From contig JANJGN010000026.1 in the NCBI GenBank assembly GCA_026770705.1, forward strand, positions 35,898,001 to 35,962,000: 64,000 nt of DNA, given 5' to 3'. How positions within the stretch are numbered: position 1 is the stretch's first letter; every line of letters starts with the position of its first letter. Of this stretch, positions 52,127-64,000 are shown in pieces. The position numbers were made by a program, and so were the translations under genes. The DNA comes from Isurus oxyrinchus. Its lineage: Eukaryota. Below the pieces are notes generated by a model. The model was not told the origin of the DNA. It did not search any database and was given only the letters and a program-made list of their open reading frames with translations.

Positions 52127-54747
52127 ATGCATGGGCCAGCGAATGGGCCTGTCTATGCTATTTACTATCCTGTTCTCGCTGTTATTGGTGTCCCGGGTAA
52201 GTTATAGACGCCAAATTAATTATTTACTTTCTTTTAAGTCGCCAGAACACTTGTGCCTTAGATTTCGGGAAGGGGCTTTTTTTAATATTCAGCGTTGTTT
52301 GAATTTAAGGAATGTTACTGTGTTCCTGTATAGAGGTGCAATATGTGATATTGTACTGCATTATGGTGACTTATAATTTATTAATTCCACTTGCATGATG
52401 TAGCAGCACAAGATATTATTCAATGATCTATGGTGCAAGTTTATAGAAACAGCGTCTGTTGGGTTGCTGAATTATGAAGTATAATGCATGAAAATGTATG
52501 GACAGTATTACGTTACACTGTTAAACATTAGCTTTCATTCCAATGTAATAAAATGCATTATAGCGTTTTTAACATTGTATGGAACAATGGCGTATCACAG
52601 AGTATCAAACATCATTGTCGTGCATTTATTTTATTACAATGATTTACACTGATTCTTTAAAGTGCAATAATTACATTAGATGCATTGTGATATAAAATGT
52701 ACACTCACTAATTGCAGGAATCAGCAGTGCCACCTCTGGAAGGAAGTAGTATTTTTCATTTATTATTATGCAGTAGAATATAATATTTATTTATTACTGT
52801 CGTTGGCAAGGTCAAAATTTATTGCCCATCGCTCGTTTCCACTTGAGAAATTAGAGTTGAGCTTTTTACTTCAACCACTGCAGACCATGTGGCGAGGGAA
52901 GGTGCTTCGCAGCAAATTTAACAAACAAAATTTGATATGAACTACATAAGGAGAAATAAGGACCTACTCATCGAATGAGTAGGATTTAAGAATCGTCTGG
53001 TAGAAAGAAAGAAAGGCAAAGGATTTGAGGGAGGGATATCCAGACATTAAGGCCACGGCAGCAAAAGGCAACTTCGCCACTGGTGGAACATTTAATTTCT
53101 GGGGTACACAAGATTATAGATATTGGCTGTGAGCAAAACGATTTCAGAGGGTTACTGGAGTAAGTAATGGTGAGGCTATGGGTGGATTTGAAAGCAAGGA
53201 TGAGGATACTAAATTCAAGGTGTTGCCAGGCTGGGAGCCAATGTAAGTGGGCGAACACAGGGCTGGTGGATGACTGGGACTTCCTGTGAATAGGAATATT
53301 CCCACCAAGTGCTTCAGATGAGTTTAAGATCACTGATGACACAAAGTGGGAGAACGCCAAGAGACTATTCCAATTGTTGGCATCTAGATGTTACAAATGT
53401 ATGGGGAAACCTTGAGCAGCTGCTAACCGAAGGCAGGTTTTGAGATGTGTGATATTATGGTCGATATTAGAAATGTGGAAGTAACCAGTCTTGGTGCAGG
53501 ATGATCATCATAGGGAGGAGGACGTTTGGAAGCGCCACTCTGGCTCAAACAGGTCGCCAAGATTGTAAAGGGCCTCAAGTCTCAGCGGATGGACTCAGTG
53601 GTGAGAGAACAGAGTTTTTAGTGGGGATTGAAGGCAAGGTCTTCTGACTCTCAAATGTTTAATTGTATCAAATATGCACTTATCCAGAATTGGATGCCAA
53701 ACAAGCAGTTACGGCTTTGGAATGGTTGTAGTCAGGAGGTGGCACAGGCACGGGTGAGGATGGTTTTTTATTAACAAGTTGCATGAGGTAGCAGCTGGTG
53801 TATGGAGTTCGCTCGGTAACATATCTCTCTTTTCCTCTCTCACAGCCAACACGGTGGTGATCATAATCTTATCCCGTGGCCGGTGCGGACTCTCCTGATG
53901 CATCACTTATTATCTGGTGGCGATAGCGGTGACAGATTTCCTGGTCATCATCACCGCCGTCATATTCAACCGGATTGGTGGCATCTACTTTCGTGAGATT
54001 GTCCTCTCCACCACCTCTGGATGTGCTATTAGGACCGTGCTCATCTATGCCACACGAGATGGCTCAGTCTGGCTGACAGTTGCCTTCACCATCGACCATT
54101 TCGTGGCCATCTGCTGTCAGAGCTTGAAGGCCAGATACTGCACTGAGAAAACTGCATCACTGGTTGTAGGACTGGTCAGTGCCCTGAGCTGTGTCAAGAA
54201 CGTCCCTTTCTACTTCAGCTACCAGCCCTTGTATATTCTGGACGGGGTGCCCTGGTTCTGCAACATCAAGTCCACCTATTACACATTGCCCATCTGGCAG
54301 GCCTACGACTGGCTTGACCGCATCTTAAACCCCTTCCTCCCATTCCTTGTCATTCTGCTGCTCAATGCACTGACCGTAAGGCACATCTTAGCGGCCAGCA
54401 GAGCTTGCAGGAGGCTCTGGGGAGCCGAGCATGACAGAGATCCAGAGATGGACAACCGTAAAAGGTCCATTGTCCTGCTCTTCGCCTTCTCCATCAGCTT
54501 TCTCCTCCTGTGGGTCACCTATGTCGGACATTTCCTCTACGTGCAGACTACGGGTGAGGCATATTTCACAGGCTTGGATTTCAATGACCCGCAATTCATC
54601 CTTCAAGAGACAACCAACATGCTCCAGCTTCTCAGCTCTTGCACCAATGTTTTCATCTATGCAGTGACCCAGACCAAGTTCTGAGAACAGCTGAAGAATA
54701 TGCTGATTTGCCCTTTTGCCTCCTTCACTGCTTCATTAAATTGGTGA
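52127..54747 (+). pseudogene. GPR139-like class A GPCR pseudogene, two exons (52127-52196; 53846-54747)
   Basis: Exon 1 MHGPANGPVYAIYYPVLAVIGVP g|gtaagt splices to cacag|cc, giving ANTVVIIILSRGRCGLS*CITYYLVAIAVTDFL...TVAFTIDHFVAICC...SCTNVFIYAVTQTKF*EQLK. In-frame TGA at 53896 and 54682; aataaa at ~54754. Confidence 0.88.
52985..53710 (-). mobile_element. L2-type LINE 3' fragment in the GPCR intron
   Basis: ORF 52986..53360 SPVFAHLHWLPAWQHLEFSILILAFKS. Confidence 0.7.
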
Positions 54748-55249
54748 AAGAGCAATAAAATATTTGTATACTCCCTTTAAGATTCATCTTCTGTCTCCTT
54801 CTCATATACTTTCCTCTCCATTAGAGTGGTTCAGTGTGTGCCACTTTATCTCTCACAGTCGAATCGGAAAGTCCAAGGCTGAGCGCCCAGTGTTTCCTGT
54901 ACTGAAGGAGTGCTGAACTGCCTGAGGTGAAACTCTGAACTGAATCCTCGACTGTCCTCTGAGATGGAACACAAATCATCCCCTGGGTACGATCATAGAG
55001 AGAACCCAGAGGGGTTTTCCCAATATTTATCACTCAATTAACCCCACTGAAAACTATTTTATCCCATTGTTGTTTGTGAATTGTTTTTCTTTCTTTCTTT
55101 CTTTCTTTCTCTCTCTCTTTCTTTCTTTTTCTCTTCCTCCCCTCCTTCCTTCCTTCCCTTTTCCTTCCTTTCTTTCAATCTTTCATTTTTCATTCTCAGC
55201 AACACTTCACCCCACAAAATTAATTCCGATAGAATGAAAAGAGCGGGGG

Positions 55250-57690
55250 AGTCTTCAAGTGAAAAGAGCAGGGATACCAGAGTAATTGTTTAATAAATTA
55301 AATAAAATACAATATTGATCGCAGGGCAGGTAATGTGCTGCTGCTGCTGCAGCATGTGGGAGCTGCTGGACACCCCTTGATTCAAGGGGAGCACATCTGT
55401 ATTAAATGTTTGAGAGCTCCAAGAATTTCGAATCCGAGTTGAGGAGCTGGAATCCAAGCTGCAGAAATTGTGCCACATCAGGGAGGGGGAGAGCTAACTG
55501 GACACTTTACTCTGGGAGTCGGTCACACCCCATGAGATTAGGTAATTCCAATCTGGTCTGTGATCAAGGACAGGAGTTTGTGACTGCAGGTGAGGCAGCT
55601 GCGTGGACCCAGGGGGTAGCGTTCGAGGAACCTCGGCCCCTGCAATTGTTCAAGAGTCACGAGGCTCTTGCAAGCAGTATGGACGAGAGCAGGGGCTGCA
55701 GGGAGGATAGGGGAACTGGCCACAGCACCGTGGTAGAGGGAGGCATTGAAATGGTGGGAAAAATGAATGTAGTGGTAGGAAACAGTTAAATGAAGGGGAT
55801 AGATACTGTTCTCTGTATCCGTGAGCCTGAGTCCCGAAGGTTGTGTTGTCTGCGAGGTGCCAGGGTTAAGGACATCTCCTCAGAGCAGGAGAGGAAATTG
55901 AAATAGGAAAAGGCCAAAGTGAAACTAGGCCCGTTAGAGAATGAGGCTCTGGAAATAATAATGGGGAGCCAGGAAATGGCAGAGGAGTTTAATAAATACT
56001 TTGCATCAGTCTTCACGGTAAAAGAAACTAATATCATTCCAAAAGTATGAAATTATCAACGGCAAAATGGCGGGGAGTGGGAAGGAAATAAATACAATCA
56101 TTATTACCAGAGAAAAGTGCTAAGGAAACTAATGGGCCGAAAAGCTGTTGCCCCCTGAATGTGATGAGTTGCATCCTAGGATATTAAACGAAATAGCTGC
56201 AGAGATAGTGGACACACTGGTCTTCCAAGAATCCTTTGATCTCCCAAGAATCCTTAGATCCCGGAGAAGTCCCAGAGGATTGGAAAACTGTCAATGATTT
56301 AATTTGGTCAAAAAGGGAGGGAGACAATAAACATTTAACCACAGGCCAGTTAGCTTAACATTCACCATTGGAAAAATGTTAACGTCTATCATAAGTGATG
56401 CAATATCAGAGGATTTAAAGGTGCATAATATAATCAAGCAGAGTTAGCAAGCCTTCATGAAAGGGAAATCATGCCTGACAAATTTATTAGAATTCTTTGA
56501 GGAGGTAACAAGCAGGATAGATAAAGGACAACCAGCAGGTGTAATATATTTGGATTTTCTTAAGGTACCACACATAAGGATACTTAATAAGTTAAGAGCC
56601 CATGGGATCGTGGGTAGTATGTTAGCATGGATAGAGATTGACTAACTAATAGAAGACAGAGATTTGGAATAAGAGGGGCATTTTGATGATGGCAAACTGT
56701 AACTAGTGGAGTGCCACAGGGATCAATGCTGTGGCCACAATTATTTACAATATATATGAACGGTTTGCATGAGGAAGTGAATGTACTATCGCCAAGTTTG
56801 TGGATGGCACAGAAATAGGAGGGAAGGCAGGTGGTGAGGTGACACGAAGAGTCTACAAATGGATAGTGACAGGTTAAGTGAGTGGGCAAAGACTTGGCAG
56901 ATGGAATATAATGTGGGAAAATGTCAGGTTATGCACTTTGACAGGAAGAATAGAGGAGCTGAATATTATTTAAATGGAGAAAGACCACTGAAAGCTGCAG
57001 CACAAAAGGGTTTTGGTGGCCTTAGTGCACAAATCACAAAAAGCTAACATTCAAGTTCAGCAGGTAATAGGGAAGGCAAATGGAATATTTGACTTCATTT
57101 CAAAGGAATGGAGTATAAAAACAGGGAAGTCTTGCTTAAATTATACAAGGCACTTAGTTAGACCACACCTGGAATATTGTGAACAGTTTTGGTTCCCTTA
57201 TTTGACGAAAGATATATTGGCTTTCGAGGCAGGTCAATGAAGGTTTACGAGGTTGATCCAGGGGCTGGAGCGATTTTCTTATGAGGAGAGGTTGAGTAGG
57301 TTGGGCCTGTACTCATTGGAGTTTAGAAGAACGAGAGGCGACCCTATTGAAATATGTAAGATCCTGAGGGGGCTTGACAGGGTAGGTGCTGAGAGGTTGT
57401 TCTCCACTGTGGGAGTCCAGGACCAGCAGTCACAACCTCAGAGTAAGGAGTCGCCATTTTGAGACAGAGATGAGGAGGATTTTTTTCTCTCAGAGGGTAG
57501 CGAATCTATGGAATTAATTACCACAGAAGCCTGTAGAGGCTGGGCCGTTAAATATGTTCAAAGCTGAGATGGAGAGATCTTTAACCTGTCAAGAAATCAA
57601 GAGTTGTGAGGAAAAAGCAGGACATTGGAGTTGATGATTATCAGATCAGCCATAATCTTATTGACTGGCGGAGCAGACTCGATGGGCCAA
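55250..57690 (+). mobile_element. Internally deleted CR1 LINE (ORF1 remnant + ORF2 RT)
   Basis: Cys-rich, coiled-coil and esterase-like ORF1 remnants at 55330-55890. MKGKSCLTNLLEFFEEVT and VRPHLEYCEQFW downstream. Confidence 0.88.
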
Positions 57691-57699
57691 CAGAGGCAT

Positions 57700-58700
57700 G
57701 GCCTAGTCCAGTTACACATGACAAATTGCCTCGAGTGATATAAACTGATACAGCCAAGCAGCAGGGCCTGTTATTAAATGAAAATCAGAAATTCCAGCGT
57801 TATGATTTAAACAGAGGCAGTTTCTCGTCTAGTAATGGCTAAGACATTCATGTGATATAAACAACACATTCTCCAGTTTATTATGAATAAAAACAATGTC
57901 GTATATAATAAAAATGGATGCAAGATCAAGTGAAATATAAAAGAAAGAGACGTAGCGTGTCCCAGTGTCAGGTTAACTGAAACATGAACGAATGTCCTGC
58001 AAACTGAGACAAGTCCTGCTGCAGTAATAACCGCGGTAGGGTGTAGGTTAACATAAAAACATATAGACAGGTGCAATAACAACTAAGCTTGCTGGAATAT
58101 AAACTGAGACTTGACCTAGTATAATATACAGTTATAGGATTTAGTATAATACTAACAGAGACGTGGTCCAGTTCAACATAAACAAAGACAGGGTTTAATG
58201 CAATTTAAGAGAGAGATGGCCTTGCATATTATAAACAGGGATAAAGCCTAGTGTAATACAGACAAGAGGTGAAATATAGTTTAATAAAAACAGAGGCGGG
58301 GTCTAGTGTAATATAAACAAACCGGTTATAGTGTAATATAAACAGCGACGTGGTCTAGTCTAATATAAAGAGAGACATGGTCAAAAATAGCATAGCCAAA
58401 TAAATGGTCGAGTTTAATATAAATAAAGACAGAGTCTAATGTAACAGAAGAAGTTGCATTATATAATAAAAACTGGACATGGTCCCGTGCAGCATATTCA
58501 GTGCTATGGTTTATTGCAGTCATAACTGAGACGGAAGCTTATGTAATATAAGTAGATACATAGTCTCATGTGAAATAAACAAAATTTTGTGCTGCTTAAT
58601 TAAGCAGATACGGTTTCTAATGCAATTTAACAGTGTGGTCATGGTATTGTTTCATAATGACTGAGACAGGGACTAGCATCATATTAACTGAGAAAAAGCG
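57700..58700 (-). repeat. Degenerate 27-bp satellite
   Basis: tagtgtaatataaacag-type units. Confidence 0.7.
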
Positions 58701-60413
58701 AGTGTAGTAACAAATGCAAAGAGGCTTAAGGTAATTTAAAGAGTTGGTCGTCTCATCATAGAATTAGAAAATAGTGCAGCACATAATACAACACATGAAA
58801 AGCCTTTCAGCTCATCATGTGTGCCAGATCGTTGAAAGAGCTGAAAAATCGGTCCAGTTCTCCTGCAATTCTCTTTTAATCATGCAAATGTTTGCACATC
58901 ATTGATTTATCCAACTGACTTTAAAACAATCCTATTGAGTCGGCTTGCACCGCATTTTGAGACAGAGCATTCCTGGTCATCGCTTTCTCTTGTGCCGATT
59001 TTGATGCTGTTGCAAATTGTTTTAAATGTGTCTGTTTGGTTTTCTACCCTTCTGTCCCAAATGACTTCATGTATTTGAGCATTACTGTCATATTACCACT
59101 TAAACCCCAAAGCTGCAAGAAGATCAACATTTCTTTGATCTCTCCGCAGAACTCAATTATTTCATCTTTGGTATCAATCTAATGAATCTCTTCTGATCCA
59201 TCTGAAAGGCCTTTCTCTCTTCTTTAAAATGTAATGCCGAATATTTAACAAAACATTTGGTGCCTAATGAGTATTCTGTGATGGCGAGAAGCATTCCCTT
59301 GCCTTTCTACGCGAAGCCTCTATTTAAAAAATAAAGACAAGGATCACCAACACTCTTTTAGGTTCTTTCTTAACATTGTAACTTCAAAGACATATTTACG
59401 CACAGTCATAAACCCTACACTTTCAGTCTTAATTTAATATTTTCCTACTTCGGTTAAATTTACAGGACCTAGTGAAATATAAACATGGACATGCCCTAAT
59501 GCAGTAATAACTGAGATAGGGCCTCTTGTAATATAAACAGAGTTCAACTCTTTAAATGCAGACTGGCAAAGAGCTAATACACAGGGTGTGTCTCACTTAT
59601 CTACTCAGAATTATTGTTCATATTTCCTTTCATTCATTCTCTTCCATGTGCCAGTTTCATAACTTTATTTTATTTCAACCTGCTTTTTGTTTCCCTTTTA
59701 CCTGTCTCATTATGCCTCTCTTTTGGCTAATTTTCCACATCGGTTCTGCTTGCTTCTCCCTATCTTCCTCCTTCCCATTACAACCCCCATATGTCCAAGC
59801 AATTCCAATTTTCCTGCTGGAACCGAGCAGTCGCAATTCTGTGTCTTTATGTCCTTGAGCCTCAGTCAGTGTAAGTACCTTTAGTTCTATATCAGTCTAC
59901 GCCACCTTACCTCAGTCACGCTGAGTGCATTCAGTCCCTCATTGGCCACTTGTGTTTCACAGAACAATGCCAATTCTGTTACCCCGATTTCACAGCAGCA
60001 GCGACCTTCCTAATGAGGAAATAGTCAGCAGAACCCTTAGTAAACATTTAGAACAGGCATAATGCTGATCTATGGAACAGGCCTTACTCAGCTGAGCAAC
60101 ACCATTGACCAAACATTTCACCATTGAGGCAATGGAAACATTGAACGGATGCACCCACAGGAGCCCCCATTATTCTTGCTCAGATCTTTCTTTCATTCAA
60201 TTTCTCCGATAATTCTCTTCCAGAATTTGTTGTTTTATTTTATCAGAAACATTATGTTTATTTCTGTTATCTCTGTGTATGCATCCCTTTTCATTCCGAT
60301 CTGCGTAACTACTCTTTCTGCTTGATTGTCCTTATCTTTCCCATTATCGTCACAATCCCCAGCCTACTCACTCCCATGACCCCTGATGCCAGCAGTGCAA
60401 TTTGTTGCCTGTG

Positions 60414-60545
60414 TGTCATCAGTCAGCAGTCTATGTGACGTCAGTCTGAAGTCCGCATGACTAAAGCCTGCTTCCTCTGTGACGTCAGTCGGTGGCATCC
60501 TTGTGACGTCAGTCACCAGTCCGTTTGACGTCAATCTGCAGTCCC
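60414..60545. promoter_or_regulatory. ~22-bp tandem repeat with four perfect CRE palindromes (TGACGTCA)
   Basis: TGACGTCA at 60436, 60480, 60504 and 60526. A fifth lies at 63027, beyond the CR1 insertion. Confidence 0.5.
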
Positions 60546-60549
60546 TGTG

Positions 60550-63025
60550 TAGAGATAAAAAACACCAAGGCTCCGGAAACGTTGGCGGGCGTTGTCTATA
60601 GGTCCCCAAACAGTAATGGGATTGTAAGAGAATGCAATAATCAGGAAATTAGACAAATGAAATAAGGGTGCAGCTGTAATCATGGGTGACTTTAATCTGT
60701 ATATAGATTTGACAAGCCAAACTAGTAATAATATTGTGGAGGAGCGTTTCGTGGAGTGTGTACGTGCTGGTTTTTCGATCAATACGTTCAGGAACCAACT
60801 AGAGAGCAGGCTATCCATGACTGGGCATTGTGCAATGAGAAAGGATTAATTAACAATCTTGCTGTGTTGGGACCCTAGGGGAAGACCGGCCATAAAATGA
60901 TGGAATTGCTCAATATGATAGAGAGTGAAGAAGTTGAATCCTAAACTAGGGTCCTGAATCTAAATAAAGGGAACTGTGTGAGTACGAGGTTCGAGTTGGC
61001 AATGATGGATTGGGGAACCTAACTGAAAGTGTTGACAGTGGATAGGCAATGGCTAATATTTAAGGAGCGTATGCTTGAATTACAACAATTATTCATTCCT
61101 CTCTGGCGCAAAATTATAACAGTAGTTCAACCATGGCTTACAAGACCAATGAAGGATCCAAAGAAGAGACATATTAATTTGCCATAAAAAGCAGGAAGCT
61201 TGAGGATTGGGAGCAGTTTAGAATTCAGCAAAAGTGGAGAAAAAGGTTGACCAAGAAGGGAAAAATAGAGCATGAGAGTAAACTTGCAGGGAACATAACA
61301 ACTGACTGTAAAAGCTTTTACAAAAGAGGACACAAATAATTTCCCAGAAATGTTAGGGAACCAAGGGTCCAGTGAGAGGGAGGAATTGAAGAAAAGTAGT
61401 ATTAGTAAAAAGGTCATGTGTGAGAAATGAATGGGGTTAAAGGCTGAAATATCTCCAGGGCCTGATAATCTGCATCCCAGAGAACTAAACGGTAAGTGTA
61501 TCTGGAAATGTTGGATGCATTGGTGGGGAACCTCCAAAATTCTGTAGACTCTGGAGCAGTTCTTACAGATTCGAGGGTGGCAACTGAAACGCCACTATTT
61601 AGAAAGGAGGGAGGGAATAAAACAGAGAATTGCAGACTAATTAGCCGCACATCAGTCGTGGAGAAAATGCTAGAATCTATTATAAAATATGTGGTAACAG
61701 AACACTTGGAAAGCACTAACAAATTAGACAAAGTCAGCATGGATTTATGAAAGGGAAATCGTGCTTAACTAATCTAATGGAGTTTTTGAGGACGTAACTT
61801 GCAGAATAGATAAGGGAGAACCAGTGGATGTGGTGTATTTGTATTTCAAGAAGACTTTTTATAAGGTACCACATAAGAGGCTAGTCGGCAACATTTAAGT
61901 ACATGGGATTGGGGATAATATACTGGCTTGGATTGAGAATTGGTTGACAGACCAGAAACAGAGAGTGGGAATAAATTGGCCTTTTTCCGGGTGTCAAGAG
62001 GTGACTAGTGGTGTGCTGCACTACTGTTGTACCACAAGGATCAGTTCTTGGGCCCCAGCTATTCACAATATATCTAAATAACTTCGATGAGGTAATCAAA
62101 TGCAATATTCTAAGTTTGCTGATGGCACAAAAATGGATGGGCATTTGAGTTGTGAGGAGGATGCAAGGAGGCTTCAGGGAGATTTAGAAAAGTTTAGTTT
62201 GTGTGTGGGCAAACACATTGCAGATGCAGTATAACATGGATAAATGTGAAGTTATACACTTAAACAGAAAGGCAGAGTATTACTAAAATGGTGATATATC
62301 GGGAAATGTGTATGTACAAAGAGATCTGGGTGCTCTTGTACACCAGTCAATGAAATTAAGCAGCAGGTGCAGCAAGCAATTAGGAAGGCAAATGGTATGT
62401 TGGCCTTTATTGCAAGAGGATTTGAGTTCAGAAGTGAGGATGTCTTACTACAGTTATACAAGGCCTTGGTGAGACCACACCTGGAGTATTGCGTGCAGTT
62501 TTGGTCTCCCTACCTAAGAAATGATATACTTCACATCGAAGGGGTGCAGGGAAAATTCACTAGGCTGATACTGGGGAAGGCAGGACTGTAGTATGAGGAG
62601 AGATTGTTCAACCTGGCCTGCATTCAATGGAGGTTACAAGAATGAGAGCGGATCAGATTGAAACGTATAAAATTCTAACATGGCTAGACAGACTGTATGC
62701 AGGGAGGATATTTCCCCTGGACCAGCCGCCTAGAACCAGGGGCCACTGTCTCAGGATGCAGGGCAGGCCATTTAGGACCGAGAGGAGGAAACATTTCTTC
62801 ACCCAAATGGTGTTCAACCTGTCGAATTCTGTACCAAAGAAGGCTGTGGAGGCTGGGCCACTGAGTATGTTCAAGAAAGAATTTGATATTTTTTTGGATA
62901 TTAGGTTTGGAGAGAAAGCAGGAATATGGCTTTGAGATAAAGGATCAGCCATGATCATATTGAATGGCGGAGGAGGCTCGAAGTGCCAAATGGCCTACTC
63001 CTGCTCCTAGTTTCTATGTTTCTAT
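60550..63025 (+). mobile_element. CR1 LINE ORF2 (endonuclease remnant to 3' tail)
   Basis: atcatgggtgactttaat (MGDFN), LYKALVRPHLEYCVQFWSPY, FFTQMV..., and a tttctatgtttctatg tail. Confidence 0.9.
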
Positions 63026-63403
63026 GTGACGTCAGTCTGCTGTCTCTGTGTGTCCCTGAGCTTCAGGCAGCATTAGTCTCATTAGCCTTGTGCCGAGTGG
63101 CGTGCTTTGAGTGACGCTTGAGTGCCAGAGGCCTCGCTCTCCAAGCTGATTTGAAATATTAAGCGAATAAACAACTGATCAGAAGACTCATGCTGTGCTC
63201 GACATAACGGTATGATAGGATTCTGCAGTTTATTTTCACAACCGCTTCTCAAAACAATTGGGTGACATTTTGATCCGAGGTTAAATTGGCTTCCTCTAGA
63301 TGTATGTTGCGGCGCATGAAAGCGGGCTGCACATTGAGGCGATATCTGCCCGCGATTCTACACAATCCGAAAGAGACCGGAGCTCCCAGCGACAGCCAGA
63401 GTT

Positions 63404-63480
63404 AGTTTTTGTACGGGGGTGAGATTGCTCCACATCATTGAGAGTCTTAGAGAGAACAATAATACAACATACTGTCAGTA
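63404..63480 (-). pseudogene. 3' remnant of an inverted TCR V with degenerate 23-RSS
   Basis: Minus strand reads TDSMLYYCSL*D, then ctcaatg-23-acaaaaact. Confidence 0.7.
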
Positions 63481-64000
63481 TTCACGTCTGTGTAAAGAAT
63501 AGGTTAGGTATGGAAAGAAGCTGCCGCTGCACTGCTGTAGCAAACATTATCAGGGAAGGCATAACATGGCTTGGATACAAAGTAAAGCTCCTCGTACAGC
63601 GCCCCGTCAAGCATTCACAGGACAGGTACAGGCACAGATTGGATGCAGAATAATATTCCCTCTCAAATGTCCCACTTAAAATTCTCAGGGCGGGTACAGT
63701 GCCAATTACATACAGAGTAAAGTTCAATCTCAAAAAACTGGCCTCGGACAGGTAAAGCAGAATAAAGTCCCATCAATCTGTCTGCATCAAACATTCCTCG
63801 GTAAGGCACAACACAGGTTAGAAACAGAACAAGGATCCCTTTACACTGTACCATTGAACATTCCCCAGGGCTTATGTAGCACACGTTAAATACAGAGTAA
63901 TGTTCCCTCCAAAACCTCAGGGCAGATGTAGCATAGGTTACTGTGTTATATACAGAGTGAAATATCATGTTGTCTATTTGAATTGCTGCAATAATATCCA
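63473..64000. repeat. Degenerate ~67-bp minisatellite
   Basis: Same unit as 3760-4745. Confidence 0.75.

Noticed and set aside
59830-59880. Leader-like exon (FCVFMSLSLSQ followed by gtaagt)
   Set aside because: No suitably placed ATG and no V exon downstream. Similar sequence at ~63035-63080 suggests a repeat.

Overview
Repeat-rich vertebrate DNA, almost certainly from a shark (elasmobranch), covering part of the V region of the T-cell receptor alpha/delta locus. The core (37.9-48.7 kb) is a NAR-TCR unit with three parts. (1) An intact, rearrangeable cassette: leader, IgNAR-type V with a 22-bp-spacer RSS, a D flanked by 12-RSSs, and a J with a 23-RSS. (2) A paralogous cassette whose NAR V-(D)-J is already joined into one open exon, while its promoter, TATA box, leader and leader donor are all damaged. 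(3) A single leaderless supporting TCR-delta V with a CDR1 cysteine, followed by four tandem 62-bp RSS-bearing repeats. All splice junctions are phase 1, so the layout allows, but does not prove, a TCR-delta chain with three stacked V domains: rearranging NAR V, germline-joined NAR V, rearranging V-delta. The window also holds decayed TCR V pseudogenes, a two-exon GPR139-like GPCR pseudogene, a 54-bp (2x27) satellite, a ~67-bp minisatellite, Penelope elements (one fused to an R2-like RT fragment), CR1 and L2 LINEs, SINEs and a phased CRE cluster. No D-delta, J-delta or constant exons were seen. Repeat boundaries are approximate.
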